Assembly (NCBI RefSeq): GCF_009914755.1
Contig: NC_060935.1
Direction: 5' to 3' (one strand)
DNA: 64,000 bases
From: the human T2T-CHM13v2.0 reference genome, Homo sapiens
Positions 1 through 37,841 of this stretch are shown piece after piece (position 1 is the stretch's first letter; each line of letters begins with the position of its first letter). The notes beneath the pieces were generated by a model. That model was not told the origin of the DNA, ran no database searches, and saw only the letters and a program-made list of their open reading frames with translations. The position numbers and the translations under genes were made by a program.

Positions 1-1383
1 TATGATACATACAATTCAGTATTTATGCAGTCAGAAGAGACAAAGGAATAAGTATCTTCCCATACAAGGAAAAAAATTAACATTTAATTCAGTACCTTCT
101 GTGGACCCTGGGGAGATGCTGGGGTCTTCCACAGCCTTATCTCATTTAGTCTTTACAGTGCCCTTCTGGGGGCAGGGGGAGGCATGGATCCTAACAAACT
201 AGAGGACCCAGGCTCAGGTGAGGCAGAACGCTTAGCAGGAGGTAATGACTTTCAGTTTGCCGCCTCCAAAGCCCATGTTTTCTCCAGTGTGCAACATGAG
301 CTTTAAAATCTAGGTGTTTATAATCTGGTGGAACCCCTGGAGGATGGCTTGGGCTGTTCTGTCCTACAGACCTGTGGCTCTCAGCATCCATTCTACGCCT
401 CACATGGGCAGCCCTGCTGAAGAAAATCACCAAACTGTGTGTTGATGCCACCATCCATTGGTGGTCCACTCACTCAGGAGCCTTTGGTTTGTCAGTCCTT
501 CCCCCTGCCTTTCTGGCCTTTGTCCCTCAGTGGCTACTCCATTCTTTAAAAAATCTACCCAGTCTCTGCCTCCTGCTTCATACTTACGGATCTCTTTTCT
601 CAGTAAACTCACCCAACTTGCACCCTCCCACTGCAGAACCTCATCAGTGTGGGGACCCATTTCCTCCAGGCTCACAGTGGGATCGTCCCTTCTGCTTTCT
701 TGGGACCTGCTTGCATCAGTTATCACTGCTGCACCTTCAGCCTTCCCCTGAGTTCCTTTCCCTCAGCAGGTCAAGCTCTCATTTCATCAGAAGAAAATCT
801 CCCGTGACCTTGAACTTCCTCCACTTATCCTCAACCTCTCTCCCTCACATCTCAGCCAAGGATCTCAAAACCACAAGCTGCATGCACCCTGTCTCCCTTT
901 CTTCCTCTCATTCTCTCCCTCACTTAGGGTACTTGCTTTTTCTGTGGCCTCTGAAACTTCTCTCCTCAGGGAAGGCCTCTTAATTACCAAATTTTGCATT
1001 TACCTTCATTGTATCTGAACTATGTGCAAAATTTGGCACTGTAAGGCTATGACTCGCCTGGTTTTTCCCTCCCTGGGCTTTTCTCTTCATCTACTTTCCT
1101 CTGGTCATGCCTAAATAGTGCTCATCCTGCTCTCCCACCCAGCTATCTTCCATCCCAACTGTTGACCACTGCCTCTGGGCTCAAGACTCTCAAATTGGTA
1201 TGACCAGCCAAGGCCTCTGCTGAGTGCCAGCTGGGAGATTCATTTGCTCACTAGGCAGCTCCTCGTGGAGGTCCCATTGGTACCTCAGTTTCCTCTCTCC
1301 TGACTAAAGAGACTTTTAGTCTCTTTCATGATTAATCCAATTTATCACATCTGAAATCTTGGATTCATTCAAGAGGCCTCTCA

Positions 1384-1732
<349 letters not shown>

Positions 1733-1947
1733 TTAGGCCTGATGAACACTTCTGATTCCTGGTGACGCCTCTATCTCCACTGTCTTTACTTGTCATTGGG
1801 CTCTTAAGGTCTTCCTGTCTCTAGTTTGATCTAAGCCACACCTTTGAAAGAACGATCTTTCTGAAGTACAAAATTACCAATATATTTCACCAGTGCTTAA
1901 AACTCTTTATTGGCTTCCTGTCTTCTACAGATGAAAATCTGTTTCTA

Positions 1948-2488
1948 GCCAGGCAAGGTGGTGTGTGCCTTTAGTCCCAGTTACTCGAGAGGATGAGGCC
2001 GGGAGTTCAAAGCTGCAGTGAGCTACAATCACGCCACTGCACTCCAGCCTAGGTGACAGGCGAGACCTCATCTTTAAAAAGTAAAAATTTATATAGGAAG
2101 TTGTTTTATGCCTTTGCATAAGGTTTGTGTTAACTTTCAGCAAGAAATTCCCTTTCTCTCCCTTGTCTGGCATATCACTCTTCATCCTTCAAAACCCAGC
2201 TCTGGGGCAGGAGTGGTGACTTATGCCTGTAATACCGTCACTTTGGGGAGCTGGGGCGGGAGGACAGCTTGAGACTAGCCTGGGCAACACGGTGAGACCC
2301 CTGTCTCTACAAGTAAAAAAAATTAGCCGGTGTGGTGGCATGCGCCTGTGGTTCCTGGTACTCTGGAAGCTGAAGCTGAGGCAGTAGGATCGCTTGAGCC
2401 CAGGAGGTCGAGGCTGCAGTGAGCCAGGACTGAGCCACTGCACTCCAGCCTGGGCAACAGAGCAAGACCTTGTCTCAAAAAAACAAAA
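1948..2488 (+). mobile_element. Alu monomer (FLAM-like, ~1948-2080) and old AluJ-like element (~2204-2488)
   Basis: Diverged Alu consensus with A-rich tails. Confidence 0.85.
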
Positions 2489-3122
2489 GGTCAGCTCAGG
2501 TATCTCCTCATGGAAACCCTTCTTCACATCCAGAGGTGGTCGGCTTCCTTCTCTATTCTAACCCTGGGCTTTGTACACAGGTCTGCATCCCCTCCTAGCA
2601 TCTGTGAGCTTCTCTCAGGGAAAAGCTCATTGATCTGCATCCCCAAGACCTGCTGGGGAAGAATCTATCCATCTAAACTCGCTTTAATTTGACAAATGAA
2701 TCAGTTAAGAGTAGGAAAGCTGCCTATGGGCACTGCTCAATGCAACGTGAGCAACAAAGGGAGACAGAACTGAGGCCAGAAAGGTGAGGGGGGACAGAGG
2801 CTGGCAGGGAGGGGAGCTTGTCAGTGCAGACTCCAGGAAGAATCTATACAGAAAGTTACTGAGCGGCCTGAGTCCCCCAAGTGAGGGCTCGGGACAATCT
2901 CCCGCCTGGGTGAGAGAATAGGGAGACCCTGAAACGTCTCTGCAGCCTCGGGCTGCTCCAGAAGCGCCCACAGCTGCAGGGTTTTGGTGTGGATGGGACC
3001 TGCTGACAGGGATGCGGTGGGAAGAGCCCCTCGGCGCCCGTTCTCCCAGGCTTCCCCTTGGCCAAGGGTGCTCCTAGCACAGGGCCATGAAAGTAAGATG
3101 AAGAGGCTTGTTTTTCTCCTAG

Positions 3123-3508
3123 ATACCAGCGGGCAAGCAGAAAACAAGAGGCTCAAGAGGGGCAGCCCCCGCATAGAGGAGATGCGAGCTCTGCGCTCTG
3201 CCAGGGCCCCGAGCCCGTCAGAGGCCGCCCCGCGCCGCCCGGAAGCCACCGCGGCCCCCCTCACTCCTAGAGGAAGGGAGCACCGCGAGGCTCACGGCAG
3301 GGCCCTGGCGCCGGGCAGGGCGAGCCTCGGAAGCCGCCTGGAGGTAACTGGGCGAGGGCCGCGCAGGGAAGGGCTCAGCAGGAGGTGCAGGCCACGGGCC
3401 GCTGCTGAGAGGTCCTCACCCCGGGCCCCCTTGTTCCCGCAGGACGTCCTGTGGCTGCAGGAGGTCTCCAACCTGTCAGAGTGGCTGAGTCCCAGCCCTG
3501 GGCCCTGA
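3123..3508 (+). CDS. TOP6BL: TOP6BL (C11orf80, type 2 DNA topoisomerase 6 subunit B-like, meiotic DSB factor): last two coding exons, 3123-3343 and 3443-3508
   Basis: Acceptor ttctcctag|3123, donor GAG|gtaact 3344, acceptor ttcccgcag|3443. Translation ...DTSGQAENKRLKRGSPRIEEMRALRS...GSRLE/DVLWLQEVSNLSEWLSPSPGP* matches the TOP6BL C-terminus as I recall it, and the gene lies directly upstream of RCE1. Earlier exons were not found in the window. Confidence 0.9.
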
Positions 3509-3573
3509 GCCGGGTCCCCTTCCGCAAGCGCCCACCGATCCGGAGGCTGCGGGCAGCCGTTATCCCGTGGTTT

Positions 3574-3579
3574 AATAAA
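3574..3579 (+). terminator. TOP6BL poly(A) signal AATAAA
   Basis: tttAATAAAg, 66 nt after the TGA at 3506-3508. Confidence 0.8.
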
Positions 3580-3599
3580 GCTGCCGCGCGCTCACCAAG

Positions 3600-3729
3600 T
3601 CCTCTTCCGCGTCTGCTTCCGCGTCGGGCCCGGGCGGGGCGGGGCGGGGCGTGGAGCCGCGCCGCGGCCTGACGTCACCCACACCTCCCTGGGACTGCGT
3701 CACTGGTGCGCGCCGCGGGTCAGGGCGCA
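3600..3729 (+). promoter_or_regulatory. RCE1 TATA-less CpG-island promoter
   Basis: Tandem GC boxes GGGCGGGGCGGGGCGGGGC 3632-3650; full CRE TGACGTCA 3670-3677; TGCGTCA 3696-3702; duplicated CTTCCGCGTC (ETS-like core) 3604-3613 and 3616-3625. CpG-rich from about 3150 to 4100. Confidence 0.75.
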
Positions 3730-6369
3730 ATGGCGGCGCTGGGCGGGGATGGGCTGCGACTGCTGTCGGTGTCGCGGCCGGAGCGGCCGCCCGAGTCGGC
3801 GGCGCTGGGCGGCCTGGGCCCCGGGCTGTGCTGCTGGGTGTCAGTGTTCTCCTGCCTCAGCCTCGCCTGCTCCTACGTGGGCAGCCTCTACGTCTGGAAG
3901 AGCGAACTGCCCAGGTGCGGGGGCTGCGCGCGACCGGAATCCGCGCCCTGCGGGCGGAGCTTGGGCGAGCCGGGGGCGGGTCCGTGCTCATGGGCAGCCG
4001 CGGGCCCCCTGAACTTACTGTCCCCTCCGTAGGGACCATCCCGCGGTCATCAAGCGACGCTTCACCAGCGTCCTGGTGGTGTCCAGTCTCTCACCCCTGT
4101 GCGTGCTGCTCTGGAGGGAACTCACAGGCATCCAGGTGCGAAGGAGGCGGGGCAAAGGGCAACGGCGGTGAGAGCTCAGGGGTCTTTAGGGGAGGAAGCA
4201 AAACTGATGCCCCCTTTCCTGTGGCTCAGCCAGGCACATCCCTGCTCACCCTGATGGGCTTCAGGCTGGAGGGCATTTTCCCAGCGGCGCTGCTGCCCCT
4301 GTTGCTGACCATGGTGAGTGCTCCTGCTGTATTTTTTCTTCTGGTCTTTGTTATCAGCCTGATGGGCAGTGCCGTGGACTCTTGTTTTTGGTTTTTGGTT
4401 GATGGGAGACAGGACTTTTGAGATGGCCCCAGGGTCCTCCGGTATGCATGGTCTGGAAATCGTGGCTGGAGAGGATTTCAAGCTTGGAGTCTCAGGGAGC
4501 ATGGGCAAAGGTCTGGGCAAAAGCGGTGGGTTATGGTGAAAGTGTTTTCTTGCCCTCAGATTCTTTTCCTGGGCCCACTGATGCAGCTCTCTATGGATTG
4601 CCCTTGTGACCTGGCAGATGGGCTGAAGGTTGTCCTGGGTGAGTCTTAAAGGCTGAAGGGAAAAGTAGGCACAGGCAGTCCAGGACATTGGGGCAGGGAG
4701 TCAGCGGGCTCAGGGTGTGATCTGGACACGTGAAATGTCATCTCTCTGGGTGTGTTTTCTCATCAGTAAAATGGAAACATAGAGCTAGGTGGCCTCTAAG
4801 GGTTGATTGCCAACGTCCAAGGAGTTCCCTGGGAACCCCCAGCAGTATTTGGTGTGGATCAGAGAGCACTGTCCCCTGCTTCCCCAACCAGAGCTAGTCT
4901 TGCTTAAATTTTGGTGTCTCCAGAGTTTACTTCCAGGATGCCCTTGCCTCAGCTAATGCCTTCCATTCAGGTCATCTCAAGACATTGGGTTTATGTTGGG
5001 TCCACACCCCCGTCCTCAGCAGTATTGATGCCTAACCTGAGTTTGGCCAGGGTAAAGTTGTGGGAGAGGAGCCCTTGGAGCCTCTGGGGTCTCACTGTCT
5101 GACAGCCCGTCACTCACAGCTTGTCCTGAATTCCCTCTGCAGCCCCCCGCTCCTGGGCCCGCTGCCTCACAGACATGCGTTGGCTGCGGAACCAAGTGAT
5201 CGCCCCGCTGACAGAGGAGCTGGTGTTCCGGGCCTGTATGCTGCCCATGTTAGCACCGTGCATGGGCCTGGGCCCTGCTGTGTTCACCTGCCCGCTCTTT
5301 TTTGGAGTTGGTGAGTCTGGCCAGATTAGTCCTGGTGTGTTTTCAGCATGAGAGCTCAGAAGGGGGCTTGAGGTGAGGGGCAGTCCTAGAAGGGAGGCTG
5401 GGAGGAATGACTGTGATGTGATTGTCACCTTTTTCCCAGCCCATTTTCACCATATTATTGAGCAGCTGCGTTTCCGCCAGAGCAGCGTGGGGAACATCTT
5501 CTTGTCTGCTGGTGAGTCCTGGCTAGCTGGCCTGGGTTAGGGTGTATGATGATGTCGCTAATGGCCACTCTGGAGAAGGAATTGGGAACTGAGGGCCACA
5601 GTATTGGAGAGGCCACTGACCGTGGGAAGTTGGGGTGCAGGACAGCTGTAGGTGGTGGGGCAGGCAGCTACTGCCCCGGGGGGAGGGGATGGTCGGTCTT
5701 TGGCTGATGGGTATGTAGTGTGGGGGCAGGAAGGGCGTGCAGGTGTGGTCACTCGTGGCCTCCCCGTCTCCAGCGTTCCAGTTCTCCTACACAGCTGTCT
5801 TCGGTGCCTACACTGCTTTCCTCTTCATCCGCACAGGTTGGTCCTCAGTCCCTCATGGGTCCCTGGGGGCCCACAGGAGCGGGTGGGAGAATGGGAATAC
5901 TGTTTGTTCTAGGAACAAAAGTTCTTCTACTCCAGTCCTTGAGACAGGCTGAGCCAGAGCCCTCAGCCTGGTGAGGTCTGAGAGGTGGAAAGGAGCAGAG
6001 GCCGTGGTGTGTGGGTGGATGGCTGGGGTAGTGGGATCTTGATCTCCTGTTTCAGGGGATGAGGGTCACTAGCCCTGGAAGGGCCAGAGGAGGTGGTAGG
6101 GCTGCTCCCTGAGCTGCTGTCTCTTTTCCCCAGGACACCTGATTGGGCCGGTTCTCTGCCATTCCTTCTGCAATTACATGGGTTTCCCAGCTGTTTGCGC
6201 GGCCTTGGAGCACCCACAGAGGCGGCCCCTGCTGGCAGGCTATGCCCTGGGTGTGGGACTCTTCCTGCTTCTGCTCCAGCCCCTCACGGACCCCAAGCTC
6301 TACGGCAGCCTTCCCCTTTGTGTGCTTTTGGAGCGGGCAGGGGACTCAGAGGCTCCCCTGTGCTCCTGA
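3730..6369 (+). CDS. RCE1: CAAX prenyl protease 2 (Ras converting enzyme 1), 329 aa; exons 3730-3914, 4033-4135, 4230-4313, 4560-4638, 5143-5310, 5440-5511, 5774-5836, 6134-6369
   Basis: All introns GT-AG; exon sum 990 nt = 329 aa + stop. [18 protein letters not shown]... start; ABI/CPBP catalytic motifs [18 protein letters not shown] and HSFCN; ends ...SEAPLCS*. Confidence 0.98.
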
Positions 6370-6776
6370 CCTATGCTCCTGGATACGCTATGAACTCTCA
6401 CCGGCTCCCCAGCCCTCCCCACCAAGGGGTACTGCAGGGGAAGGGCTGGCTGGGGTCCCCGAGATCTCAGGAATTTTTGTAGGGGATTGAAGCCAGAGCT
6501 AGTTGCGTCCCAGGGACCAAGAGAAAGAAGCAGATATCCAAAGGGTGCAGCCCCTTTTGAAAGGGGTGTTTACGAGCAGCTGTGAGTGAGGGGACAAGGG
6601 GCAGGTCCCAGGAGCCACACACTCCCTTCCTCACTTTGGACTGCTGCTTCTCTTAGCTCCTCTGCCTCTGAAAAGCTGCTCGGGGTTTTTTATTTATAAA
6701 ACCTCTCCCCACCCCCCACCCCCCAACTTCCTGGGTTTTCTCATTGTCTTTTTGCATCAGTACTTTGTATTGGGAT

Positions 6777-6782
6777 ATTAAA
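6777..6782 (+). terminator. RCE1 poly(A) signal ATTAAA
   Basis: gatATTAAAga about 410 nt after the stop, preceded by U-rich and TGTA elements. Confidence 0.65.
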
Positions 6783-7482
6783 GAGATTTAACTTGGGTAA
6801 CATGGCCTTGGGCCTTTGGGAATCGGTCTATTTGGGATCTTGTGTGAAGACTCTAGGCAGCTCTTGGGAGTGTGCCCACCACCTGTCCCAGCTACCTTGA
6901 ACACTGACATCTGGGCGGTGCATCCAGGCGGGTAGTTCCCTGGAGTACAGGATGGGCTGGGAGCTCTGGTTGCTGGGAGCCTGTGGCTTCCTCCTTCCTG
7001 AACCATGCCCCAAAGTCCTAGTGTGGTTGGCTCTGAGACTGCAGGTACCAGGTGTGAGCCCAGCTCATCCTGGGGCCTGTGCCTTGGCTGACGGGTCAGG
7101 GAGTGGGAACCATGGCCCTGGCCCTGACCTCAGCGATGGAGCCTCCGACGTATCTCCTCTGAGGGGAAGATGACTGGCCTGAAGCCTCTGCCAGGACCTC
7201 CACAGTCTGCCAGTCTTGTTTTTCACAAGAGGAAATAGGTCCCTGAGTCACCATAAGTAGAGGCTTTTCTGGTTCTCTCCACCTCTGACCTCTGCCCCAG
7301 AGGAACCCAGAACACAGGCTGCAGCCCTGAGGGCAGCAGGGACTTTGCCAAGCAACACAGTGACTCCAGGGTCCTTCTCGGCACCTGCAAGTGTTCTGCC
7401 TGCTCTCCATCATTTTTGGAAGGGCTCTCGTTTCCCTGCCTGTGCTCTTTTAAAATTAGATTCCTGAAAGAGTATTAGCCCT

Positions 7483-7694
7483 GGATTACTTGAGGTCAGG
7501 AGTCCGAGACCAGCCTGACCAACATGGTGAAACCCGTCTCTACTAAAAATACAAAAAATTAGCCGGGCATAGGCGGGGCGTGGTGGCAGGAGGCTAAGGC
7601 AGGACAATCACTTGAACCTGGGAGGCACAGATTCCAGTGAGCCAAAATCACACTACTGTACTCCAGCCTGGGTGACAGAGCGAGACTCCATCTC
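7483..7694 (+). mobile_element. 5'-truncated Alu with no A-tail, followed by G-tracts
   Basis: ...ttgaggtcaggagt... to ...gagactccatctc, then cggggtggggggcagggggggcgggggaggg. Confidence 0.9.
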
Positions 7695-8815
7695 CGGGGT
7701 GGGGGGCAGGGGGGGCGGGGGAGGGAAGAAAGCCCTTTAGGTCCCATTCCCCAATCAAGGAGGTTGTCCCAAGGTCCCTTCTCTGAGGCTGGCCACTGAG
7801 GGAAAAAGGATGTGCGGTCACTCCCCCACGATGCCTGCAGGCTGGCCATGACAACGACATCCACCCGGATGGAAGGGGCAGCATCGCAGTCATCTGCCTC
7901 CTGGGGTACATCTAGGACATGGCGGTCCAGAAAGGAAGAGGCTCAAGCCCACTGTGAGTTGCCCATCCCAGAGGTTGGACTGGCTCTGGGAGCACTGGGC
8001 AGAGGCCTGCTGGGTGCTTCCCATCCAGAGGCTGATTTCCTGCATCGGCCTCCCCACACCCACCCCTCCATCTCAGGAACTGCCCAGCCTCCTGCTCCCT
8101 TCACCATCCTCTCCCTACCTGTGGGCAGGTGGGCAGGAGGGCAGTGGTGCAGGCAGGGTTACTGTCCCCACTGCAGGAAAGGGAACTGAGCAGGAGTCTG
8201 GAGGGGTGGTCATGGGGAGTGGCAGGGTTAGAACCTGAGACCCTGGACCCGGTGCTCCCCCTCACCTCCCACCAACATTCTCACATCCAGAGCACACACA
8301 AGACTCCCGGATCACCATTCCCGAGGGTCTTACCCACTGCCCACAAGGTGGTACCTGCTTGCATTTACCTGCTAACTGAGGTGGGACGCTGGCCTTGGGT
8401 TTTAGAAAATAAAGCAGCGGGGTTGGGAGGCGAGTCTGCCAACGGCCTGGGTTTCATCTCTCTCTCTTACTACTTGTGAAGTCCTGGACAAATTATTTAA
8501 TCTTCCTGTGACTTGATTTCTGTGTCCATAAGAGGATGAAGGTTAATTCCCTGTGTTAATAGGTGTTAAATACTTAGAACAGGCCCCACCCCTCAAGCAA
8601 GTTCAGTACTACTAGTCCTGTTTGGGGAGTATACACAGTAGGCACCCAATAGTGACTTAAAACAGGGCCACGATGGTCATTCTCACTACCCTCTGAGGAG
8701 AACGACACAACTGACCTGCCCACCCATGGGGAGCTTGAAAGGCAGCCCCCCACTGCTGAGTGGTGCAGGCTGGGGGCTGCACAGGATCCAGCATGGAGGG
8801 CAGGGGAAAGCCAGC

Positions 8816-8821
8816 TTTATT
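8816..8821 (-). terminator. PC poly(A) signal AATAAA (minus strand)
   Basis: Plus-strand TTTATT about 350 nt beyond the PC stop (9173-9175). Confidence 0.8.
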
Positions 8822-9172
8822 GAGTAAACTTCCCAGGACCTGGGACATCTTAGATCTCCCCTTCCCCCAGGAGATAGGACCCCTAAACCTCCCCTGGGTC
8901 CTAGGACCACCTGACCCACCACTTGTAGTCTCCAGTGAGGAGGGGACCCTTATTTGGCAAGAGATGAACATGTAAGCAGCTGTCCGCCGGAGGAAAGGAC
9001 GATGGCTGAAAGGAATGAACCACCGCAGGCGGTGTCTCTCCTGTCCAGCTGTGGACAGGACCTCCACGGCCCGGCCTTCCTGGCCTCGGGCACTGGCTGG
9101 CCTGGGCCTGCCGTGGCAGCACAGCTTCTGTTGAAGGCTTGGGGATGGCCAGGCTGCCGGTCTGGGGCAAGA

Positions 9173-32435
<23,263 letters not shown>

Positions 32436-32654
32436 CTAGGGAGGGAAGTTAGAGCCCAGGTTAGCGCAGCCTCAGCACTGAGGCTCCTCAGAATGAGTGA
32501 GGGCCCTTCCCAACCCCACAGTGGCCCCACAGAAAGGCTAGCACCATCTACCTCCTGATGCCTGGCCAAGCCCAACATTTCCTGGCTCTAGAGAAGGGAG
32601 CAAATCCAACCCCAAATGGAACCCCCAGCTCAGCCTGATATCCTAACTGTGACT

Positions 32655-33862
<1,208 letters not shown>

Positions 33863-34051
33863 TCAACTGACGACAACTTATATCCCTGAATGCAAAGAGG
33901 CTTCAGAGGTTGGCCAGCCCTTCATTTGTAAAATGAAGGAAACCAAGGTACAGTGGAGACTAAAAAGACAGCTGCCCAGCACAGAGCCCAAGCCAAACCA
34001 GACACACTCTTTTCACCCCTGCATCTGGGCCTCATCTAACCATCTGATTCA

Positions 34052-34666
<615 letters not shown>

Positions 34667-36099
34667 GATCTGATTCATTTCTTAGAAAACGTTTAAAACA
34701 CTTGACTCAGCCATTTTGTTTTAAGTAAGGAACATAAAAACATACTCAAGAAATGAAACAAATATTGCAAAAACCTTAGTGCCATATTACAGCCAACAAC
34801 CTAGAAAAGGGGAAATAAAGACAGAAGAAAAAGAAAAGAGAAGAAACAAGGAAATAAGTAGAAGAAAGAGAAGAGGAGGAGGAGGAAAGACCCACAGCCA
34901 GGGGAGAAAAACAGAAAACCCCACTAGGGGCAGACCTTATGCCAGGCACAGTTCTAAGCCTTAGGAGTCGAGAACACAACAGTGAAGGGTTCTGCTCATG
35001 GAAGATGAATGGCAGTGAAAGGAGCAAAGAAAAGAAAAACAAGACACAAATCAGAACATTTCAGATCACAAGTGCCTGGAAGATAAGAAACAGGTGACAT
35101 TTTGCGAATGATCTGGGGCGGGTGCAGGGGTTTGGGGGCTGGATATTAGAAAAGGCCTCTCTGAGGAGGGGACACAGAAGCTGGGACCTGGATGGGGAGA
35201 AGTTGGCCACGCACAGATCCGCAGAGAAAGCTCCAGGAAGAAGGGATAGCAATTGTGAAGTTCTCAGGAAGAACAGGCTTGGTGCTGTCCTGAGAGAGGG
35301 AAGTGTGAGCCCACGGCCTGAGGTGGGGCTGCAGCCACAGACAGGGCCCAGTGGTTGAGGCCTCCCTTCAGCCATGGACAGGACAGGAGGGACATGATCG
35401 ATGCACAGTGGAAAGGATCTCTCTGGACTGGCGAGCAGCAGGGGCTGACAGACGACGCATGTCTGGGGCAATTCAGAGGCTGAGCTGAGAGACGCGGAGC
35501 CTCTGACAGGGGGAAGCTATGGGGGTCGGGGTGGGGCTTAGGAAACATCTGGGCTATGACAGACAAGATTCGTCGAGAGACCCCCCATAGAAAGCAAGGT
35601 AGAGGAAGAAATCCTGTATGGGTGGGTGGAGATGACTTTTCCTGCTATAAGAAGGGCAAGACAGAAAAGGCAGGGCTGGGAGTGAGGCAAGCTCACAGAG
35701 GGGGAAGAGCAGGGACAAGAACCTGGGCAGCATCACAGGGGCGGTGGTGTCTGAAGCCAGGGAGAGAACAGCCTGGGAGAAGTGGGTCAGGCCTGCGTCT
35801 TCAGGCCCACTGGAGTTGAGTCTGGCCGAGGAGGAAGAGCCAAGAAGGAGCCCAGGGGGGATGCCTGGAGGAGGGAGGGACGCACGGGTCGCTGGGCAGA
35901 AGCGAGCGGCTCTCAGGAGGATGGGGCGCGAGTTGGGCAGAGCATGACTCCCAGAGGCAGGGTAAGATGGGGGCTGGGAAGGGGCCACTGCGGTGACCAG
36001 GAGGCACCCAGGTCACACCCGGCTATGGTGAACGTGGGTAGAGTAACCTTGCTGGACTCTGGGCTCCTCCTCTTTCTAAAATATACCTTGTCCTTATTC

Positions 36100-36730
36100 A
36101 TTGCACAGTGGAGAAACCTGGCGGACACCACGCTGACCGAGAGATGAAGGTTAATATCACTAGCACCGAAGGGATACCACACACCTCCTGATGGGGTTCC
36201 CGCTGCCGTGCACGGCCTGAATTTAATCAGGAGAAAGCAAGGGGCAAACTCAAATTCAGGGAAATTCCACAGAATAACTGGCTTGGACTCTTCAAACATG
36301 TCAAAGGTCGTGAGAGACAAAGACGCAAGAACGGTTTCAGATGAAAGGAGACCAAAGCAACAATGGTGAGAGCCACACACGATCCTGGATTGGATCCGGG
36401 TTTCTATTGCTAAGAGGACATCAGGGGACAACGATACAATTTAAATAAGGTCTGCAGGTTTGAAAGAGGATTGCGTTGATATCAATTTCCTGATCTTGAT
36501 CAGTGGACTGTGGTTATGTTAGAGAACAGCCTCATTCTTAGGGAAAAACACTGAGGAACTCAAGGGTCCACGAGCACCACATCTGCAATTTACACCCACT
36601 CACATGGTTCAGGGAAAAACGGGAACAATGAAGCAAATGCTAGTATTGGGGGAACTGGGGTCAGGGGTACGAGAATTCTTTGTCTTACTCTTGCAACTTT
36701 ACTGAAAGTCTGAAATCATTTCAAATTGAC
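36100..36730 (+). mobile_element. Old L1 (L1MC-like) 3'-end fragment
   Basis: gtggagaaacctggcggacaccac...aggttaatatcac and ...ttgcaacttt...aagtctgaaat resemble L1MC 3' UTR; subfamily uncertain. Confidence 0.6.
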
Positions 36731-37216
36731 AAGTGAAAAGAACCATACCCACCGCTAATGCCGCTGGAGGAGATAACCTTAGGGAGTGCATGCCCCAGCA
36801 CCTGCTGCTCAAGAGGTGCCGGGAGCACCAGCGAGGAGCTCAGGTGTGGAGACACCCTGCTCAGAGCAGGATGAACGTCAGACGTTATCACCCTGCTATC
36901 TCCCACATGCAGATCTACAATCCTCTAAGCCCTGCTCCAGGCGAGTTATCGGATGCTGCCCACTAGGAGGACAGGTCTTTCCCAGCTGGGAGCAGGCGGC
37001 ACTGGCATCAGAGAGCAGGTGTGGGGTGTAAATCTCACCCTCCTCCTGGGCACCAAATGTCTACTCTGCTGAGCGCTGGGAAAGGCCATGTCAAAAGAGC
37101 TCAAGTTACCACATAGGGCAAAGTCAGGAAGAGGCGAGGGGAGCCTTCGGGACAAGCACAGCAACAAGACAGCAAACACAAGTGGCTCTTGAACCCACGA
37201 GAAAGCAAGAGATTCA

Positions 37217-37841
<625 letters not shown>

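Noticed and set aside
34795-34890. Purine-rich tract (possible H-DNA)
   Set aside because: Interrupted, with no clear mirror symmetry; ordinary low complexity.
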